Of a stretch of 64,000 nt of DNA, positions 61,401-64,000 are shown piece after piece. Positions within the stretch are counted from its first letter, which is position 1; each line of letters opens with the position of its first letter. The notes beneath the pieces were generated by a model. The model saw only the letters and a program-made list of their open reading frames with translations. It ran no database searches and had not been told where the DNA came from. A program made the translations under genes and the position numbers. Where the stretch lies: positions 712 through 64,711 of the forward strand of contig PLTZ01000026.1 of the NCBI GenBank assembly GCA_003164715.1, given 5' to 3'. The stretch is from Opitutaceae bacterium (GTDB taxonomy: Bacteria > Verrucomicrobiota > Verrucomicrobiia > Opitutales > Opitutaceae).

Positions 61401-61757
61401 CAGGTTCATTGTGCCGAGGAGCGGCGCCGAAACGTTGGCGGAATTGGCGCTGCTGTCCGTGAACGCGTTGGTGATGGTCAGGGTCTGGCCCCCACTGTTG
61501 TTCAGCGTGAACAGGCCTGCCCCACTCTGGACGTTGAGCGAGTTGATCGAGTAATTGGTGTCGACGGTGGACGAAGACGTGCTCGCGAGGCCGAAGTCGA
61601 CGGTGGCTGTGCTGTTGTTCGCGGGGGCAGAGCCCGAAAGCCAGCTGGTGCCGGCGCTCCAGTTTCCGGTGAGCACGTTCCACGTCGCCTGTGCGCGCAG
61701 AGGAGCGGCTCCAAATGAAAGAAGAATCGATGCGATGATGACGCGGCGGAACTCCAT
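58446..61757 (-). CDS. Giant autotransporter-associated beta-strand-repeat protein with PEP-CTERM anchor
   Basis: ORF 58446..61865 trimmed to MEFRRVIIASILLSFGAAPLRAQA (signal peptide, ATG at 61757). It has dozens of ~30 aa G/T/N-rich repeats (GTLTLTGANTYTGPTVI, ITTLSGTNTNSGAITI, VILSGTNTYSGVTTI ...). The C-terminus FTPVPEPSTWALLGSGLLAVALLGLRRRPLRA is PEP-CTERM. Confidence 0.85.
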   Translation of the reverse strand: MEFRRVIIASILLSFGAAPLRAQATWNVLTGNWSAGTSWLSGSAPANNSTATVDFGLASTSSSTVDTNYSINSLNVQSGAGLFTLNNSGGQTLTITNAFTDSSANSANVSAPLLGTMNLVLNGTGILTLGGTANAYTGNTLLSSGTLADANAGAFAPGSGLSVTSGAAVDVNFNETVSYLQDYLSSGGSVLIASGASLLMNGGFSTTFSGVISGVGGIEKDTTGTLTLTGANTYTGPTVINGVGGTAIEIGNGGTTGSIASSGVSGTGTLGFDRSNAYTYAGNLSGALQVVQTGTGITTLSGTNTNSGAITIIHGTLQAGSVSAFGGATGLSAVSVGGGATLDLNGFSNTIGSLAGSGAVTLGAGALTVGTGSSNTLFSGAISGTGALNSVGYVLDLTGSNTYSGGTAISNGTLLADNAGGYATGTGAIVITSGALQIGNSSDSNGYIDPASNINVIGTGSVSFSRGDSFTFANNVAGSGGVGQYGSGTVILSGTNTYSGVTTIFRGTMKAGSASAFGGATGLSELDFPYLATLDLNGFSNTVGSVSGGAGNSILLGNQTLTIAGTSGSQTFAGNISGAGGSLAVTGSGGTTVLDGVNTYTGGTTIGSGAMLSIGDGAATGASLAGNVVNNGTLQFAPSSTDSSVFAGVISGSGMVNILGTLYGSNLGAITLSGNNTYAGGTAVTTGELFVGSNTAVGTGTLTFDQDTELSPSANVTLANPIVLNGTGYIDNDDGGSNNLTLNGQISGTNGIAWCTWSTLTLTGNNTFQYGIDMRDGVLLLGSDTAAGTGTILLDTGTTLSALGTGITRAIPNAITMVGTSAQLGNTDDDNITISGVVASTGTAATTYSGGSGGTLTLTANNSGLTGPFTISSGTVIAGNNNALGASADTVSLTGGADLNVMNGVTISNPLMFSNAANVLSGNGTLASAPVTVNGSVVLSPSASPGGGPGNLAFTNALTLASGGAMRFELYDANGAAGTGYSEISANGGLSLTAGANTFTFNLVSVDASGNSAAALNFNPANPYSWMFAASSSAITGFNANEFNLITTGFSNSTAGGSFSFTESGNDLFLNFTPVPEPSTWALLGSGLLAVALLGLRRRPLRA

Positions 61758-61920
61758 GGGCGCGAAGGCTTCTGCAAATGGATGGCGTTCACAAGCCCAT
61801 TTTGCAGAAAACTTATTAACTAAATTCAACAATCTAATGACATTGCGCTCACAAACCGTGAGCATTCATTAGTTGTTCCCATGTAATAACCTAACACACT
61901 TACATCCCGCTCGGTGAAAC

Positions 61921-63243
61921 CTAGTCCTGGGCGCGGTACGCCTCGGCAAGCAATACGATGGGGTGCACTACGCGGGGGCTCGGTCGCTGCTCGTCCTCCT
62001 GGTTCTTTAGACCCTTCAGGATGTGAAGTTGGCATCCTGGGTTTGCCGTCGCGACAATGGCAGCCTGCGTCGATCGTAGATGCCCCAGCTTGCGGTCGCG
62101 CAACCAGGTCGCCGTCACAGGTTGGGTGATCGAATAGACCCCGGCGCTTCCGCAGCACATCGTTGCCTCAGGGCACTCCCGGAACTCAACGCCCGGGATC
62201 GACCGAAGAATCTCGCGGGGCTGGGACGTGATCTTCTGACCGTGACAGAGATGGCAGGCCTCGTGATAGGTGACGGCAACGGGCGTGGCACCCGAGCGGG
62301 GGGGGGCCGGCGGCCGGAATCCGATCTCGACCAGCCATTCCGAGATGTCGCGCACCTTTGACGACCACGCCGCCGCCTTGGAGGCATACGCCGGTTCGTC
62401 GGCGAGGAGGTGCCCATAGCGCTTCAGGTGGGAGCCGCAGCCCGCCGAGTTCGAGATGATCGCGTCGTAGGCGGCGGGATCCAGCGCGTCGAGCTGCCGC
62501 CTGGCGAGCGCACGCGCGGTCTCAAGGTCGCCGTTGTGCACGTGCAGGGAGCCGCAGCAGGACTGCGCGCGCGGCGTCTCCACCTCGCAGCCGTTGGCGA
62601 TGAGCACGTCGACCGTCGCCCGGTTGACGTCCGAGAATGCGATGTCCTGGATGCATCCCGTAAGGACGGCGACGCGGTGCCGGATCTCCCCGCGCGGCCT
62701 CTCGATTTGGGCGATGATCGCGTCCGAAAAATGCCGGCGTATCGAGAAGGCCTGGCTCTCAAGTTCGCCAATCCTTCTCGGTAGGACGGCGAAGATCCCG
62801 GACCCGCGCAGCAGTCGCCGCAGGCCGACCGCCTCGTAGAACCAAAGGAGCCTGCCCGCGAGGCGAAGCGCCCAGGGCCTGAAGAGCAGGAAGCGCAGGG
62901 TGAGGAGGCGCACGAGGGAGCGCACAGCGCCCGCGGTCGCCCCGCTTCGCTCCGCCTCCGCGCGGGCCGCCTCGAAGAGCGTGCCGTAGTCGACGCCGGC
63001 GGGGCACGCCGTCGTGCACGCCAGGCACCCGAGGCAGTAGGCCATCTCGCCGGCGAACGCCGGGGTCACCTCCAGTTCTCCGTCGGCGATGGCCCGCATG
63101 AGCGAGATCCTCCCCCTGGGCGAGTGGCGCTCGTAACCGGTCTCGAGATAGGTGGGGCAGGTGGGAAGGCAGAGCCCGCAGTGCATGCACTGCTGCAGCA
63201 CCGAGTAGTCCAGCGACCGGAGAAGGCTCGGCGTCTTCGTCAC
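61921..63243 (-). CDS. glcF: Glycolate oxidase iron-sulfur subunit-like (Fe-S)-binding protein
   Basis: The GTG start at 63243 overlaps the upstream stop (GTGA). It has two 4Fe-4S ferredoxin motifs (CMHCGLCLPTCP and CLGCLACTTACP) followed by two CCG-type Cys-rich domains (CCGS...). Confidence 0.7.
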   Translation of the reverse strand: MTKTPSLLRSLDYSVLQQCMHCGLCLPTCPTYLETGYERHSPRGRISLMRAIADGELEVTPAFAGEMAYCLGCLACTTACPAGVDYGTLFEAARAEAERSGATAGAVRSLVRLLTLRFLLFRPWALRLAGRLLWFYEAVGLRRLLRGSGIFAVLPRRIGELESQAFSIRRHFSDAIIAQIERPRGEIRHRVAVLTGCIQDIAFSDVNRATVDVLIANGCEVETPRAQSCCGSLHVHNGDLETARALARRQLDALDPAAYDAIISNSAGCGSHLKRYGHLLADEPAYASKAAAWSSKVRDISEWLVEIGFRPPAPPRSGATPVAVTYHEACHLCHGQKITSQPREILRSIPGVEFRECPEATMCCGSAGVYSITQPVTATWLRDRKLGHLRSTQAAIVATANPGCQLHILKGLKNQEDEQRPSPRVVHPIVLLAEAYRAQD

Positions 63244-64000
63244 GGGTCGAAGATCTTGCCGGGATTCAGGAGGTTGTCCGGGTCGAGCGCGCGTTTGACC
63301 GACTTAAGGAGGCCGTAGCTCGCGTCGCCGAACTGCTGCCTGAGGAAGGCCTTCTTCGCGAGGCCGACGCCGTGCTCCCCCGTGATGGTGCCGCCGAGGG
63401 AAAGCGCGTGCGCAAAGATCTCCTTCATCGCGGCCTCGACGCGGCGCATCTCATCCGCGTCCCGCTCGTCCGTCAGGAAGGTCGGATGGAGGTTCCCGTC
63501 CCCGAAGTGCCCGAAGGTCGCGATCTCGAGGCGGTGCCTTGCGCCGGTCTCCTGAATGAACCGGATCATCCGGGCCAGCTCGCTCCGGGGCACCGTCGCG
63601 TCCTCGAGGATCGTGGTCGGCCGCATCCGGGCGAGCGCGCTGAAGGCGCTGCGCCGCGCGGTCGAGAGGCGCGAGGCCTCCGCGGAATCGGCGGCGAGCC
63701 GGACGGAGGTCGCTCCGTTCCTCTCGCAGAGGGCCCGGATCCGCGCGGCGTCGTCCGCGACCGCCGCGGGGTGGCCGTCCGCCTCGACAAGGAGGAGCGC
63801 CTCGGCGTCCACGGGAAGCCCGACGTGCGCATAGTCCTCGACGCAGCGGATCGTCCTCGAGTCGAGGAACTCCAGGGTGCACGGGACGATCCCCTCGGCG
63901 ATGATCGCCGAGACCGTCTCGGCCGCGGCGTCCATCCTGGAGTAGGTGGCCAGGAGGGTCTGCCTCGCTGCGGGCCTCGGCAGGAGCCTCAGGAGCACCT
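63240..64000 (-). CDS. glcD: FAD-linked oxidase (GlcD-like), C-terminal part; gene continues beyond the window end
   Basis: The frame is open to the window edge. It has FAD-oxidase C-terminal domain blocks: GIVPCTLEFLD, EALLLVEADGH, GHFGDGNLHPTF and GGTITGEHGVGLAKK...LDPDNLLNPGKIF. Confidence 0.7.
   Translation of the reverse strand, partial: VLLRLLPRPAARQTLLATYSRMDAAAETVSAIIAEGIVPCTLEFLDSRTIRCVEDYAHVGLPVDAEALLLVEADGHPAAVADDAARIRALCERNGATSVRLAADSAEASRLSTARRSAFSALARMRPTTILEDATVPRSELARMIRFIQETGARHRLEIATFGHFGDGNLHPTFLTDERDADEMRRVEAAMKEIFAHALSLGGTITGEHGVGLAKKAFLRQQFGDASYGLLKSVKRALDPDNLLNPGKIFDP

Noticed and set aside
58446-61757. Periodic sequence in the giant gene as a possible CRISPR array or DNA tandem-repeat array.
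   Set aside because: The periodicity is at the protein level, in degenerate ~30 aa beta-strand repeats inside one continuous ORF with a signal peptide and a PEP-CTERM end. There are no identical DNA repeats with unique spacers.
1-64000. A window-wide look for CRISPR arrays, IS elements, transposases, integrases, prophage or toxin-antitoxin/defence-type genes.
   Set aside because: None was recognised. All sizeable ORFs on the chosen frames are metabolic, transport, envelope or redox proteins, or hypothetical secreted/membrane proteins.

Overview
This is a high-GC chromosomal segment, roughly two-thirds G+C by eye, densely coding on both strands. I call about 55 protein genes, one tRNA-Val(CAC), one structured ncRNA candidate and two intrinsic terminators. 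I saw no CRISPR array, transposase or integrase. Because of the GC content, almost every real gene is shadowed by long antisense or out-of-frame ORFs in the track. I picked frames by recognisable protein motifs, signal peptides and start/stop coupling. The ORF track also writes M for TTG/GTG starts, so several ORFs were trimmed to internal starts.

Gene content:
- PadR plus duplicated-FtsX ADOP permeases
- three TAT-signal Gfo/Idh/MocA oxidoreductases
- GH5, GH16 and GH53 glycosidases
- a GPH sugar symporter and a ribokinase
- a giant autotransporter-repeat protein with a PEP-CTERM anchor
- secreted proteins with YQW-type Ig repeats

This looks like a polysaccharide-degrading Verrucomicrobiota (Opitutales-like) or Acidobacteria-like organism, which is inference only.

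The standout is a roughly 13 kb redox gene cluster at 45359-58246. It encodes:
- a divergently transcribed c554-like multiheme cytochrome
- a membrane-anchored FNR-type flavoprotein with a 2Fe-2S domain
- a cytoplasmic cyclic-nucleotide-binding protein carrying four 4Fe-4S motifs
- a His-bearing polytopic membrane protein
- a membrane-anchored decaheme cytochrome with a Cys-rich cytoplasmic head
- a roughly 720 aa outer-membrane beta-barrel candidate
- a 1293 aa decaheme cytochrome fused to an LVIVD beta-propeller

The first five of the six plus-strand genes are joined by overlapping start/stop codons, and the sixth follows a 19 nt gap. I interpret the cluster as a candidate, apparently uncharacterised, NAD(P)H-fed trans-envelope (porin-cytochrome-like) electron conduit.

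Secondary items:
- an aldolase/SDR fusion coupled to an MtnA-like isomerase, a possible fused DHAP-shunt module
- a roughly 130 aa C-terminal module present three times in two secreted proteins
- a GT39-like/GT2/leaderless-ApbE operon
- an AT-rich island with a small Ala/Pro-rich ORF next to the ncRNA
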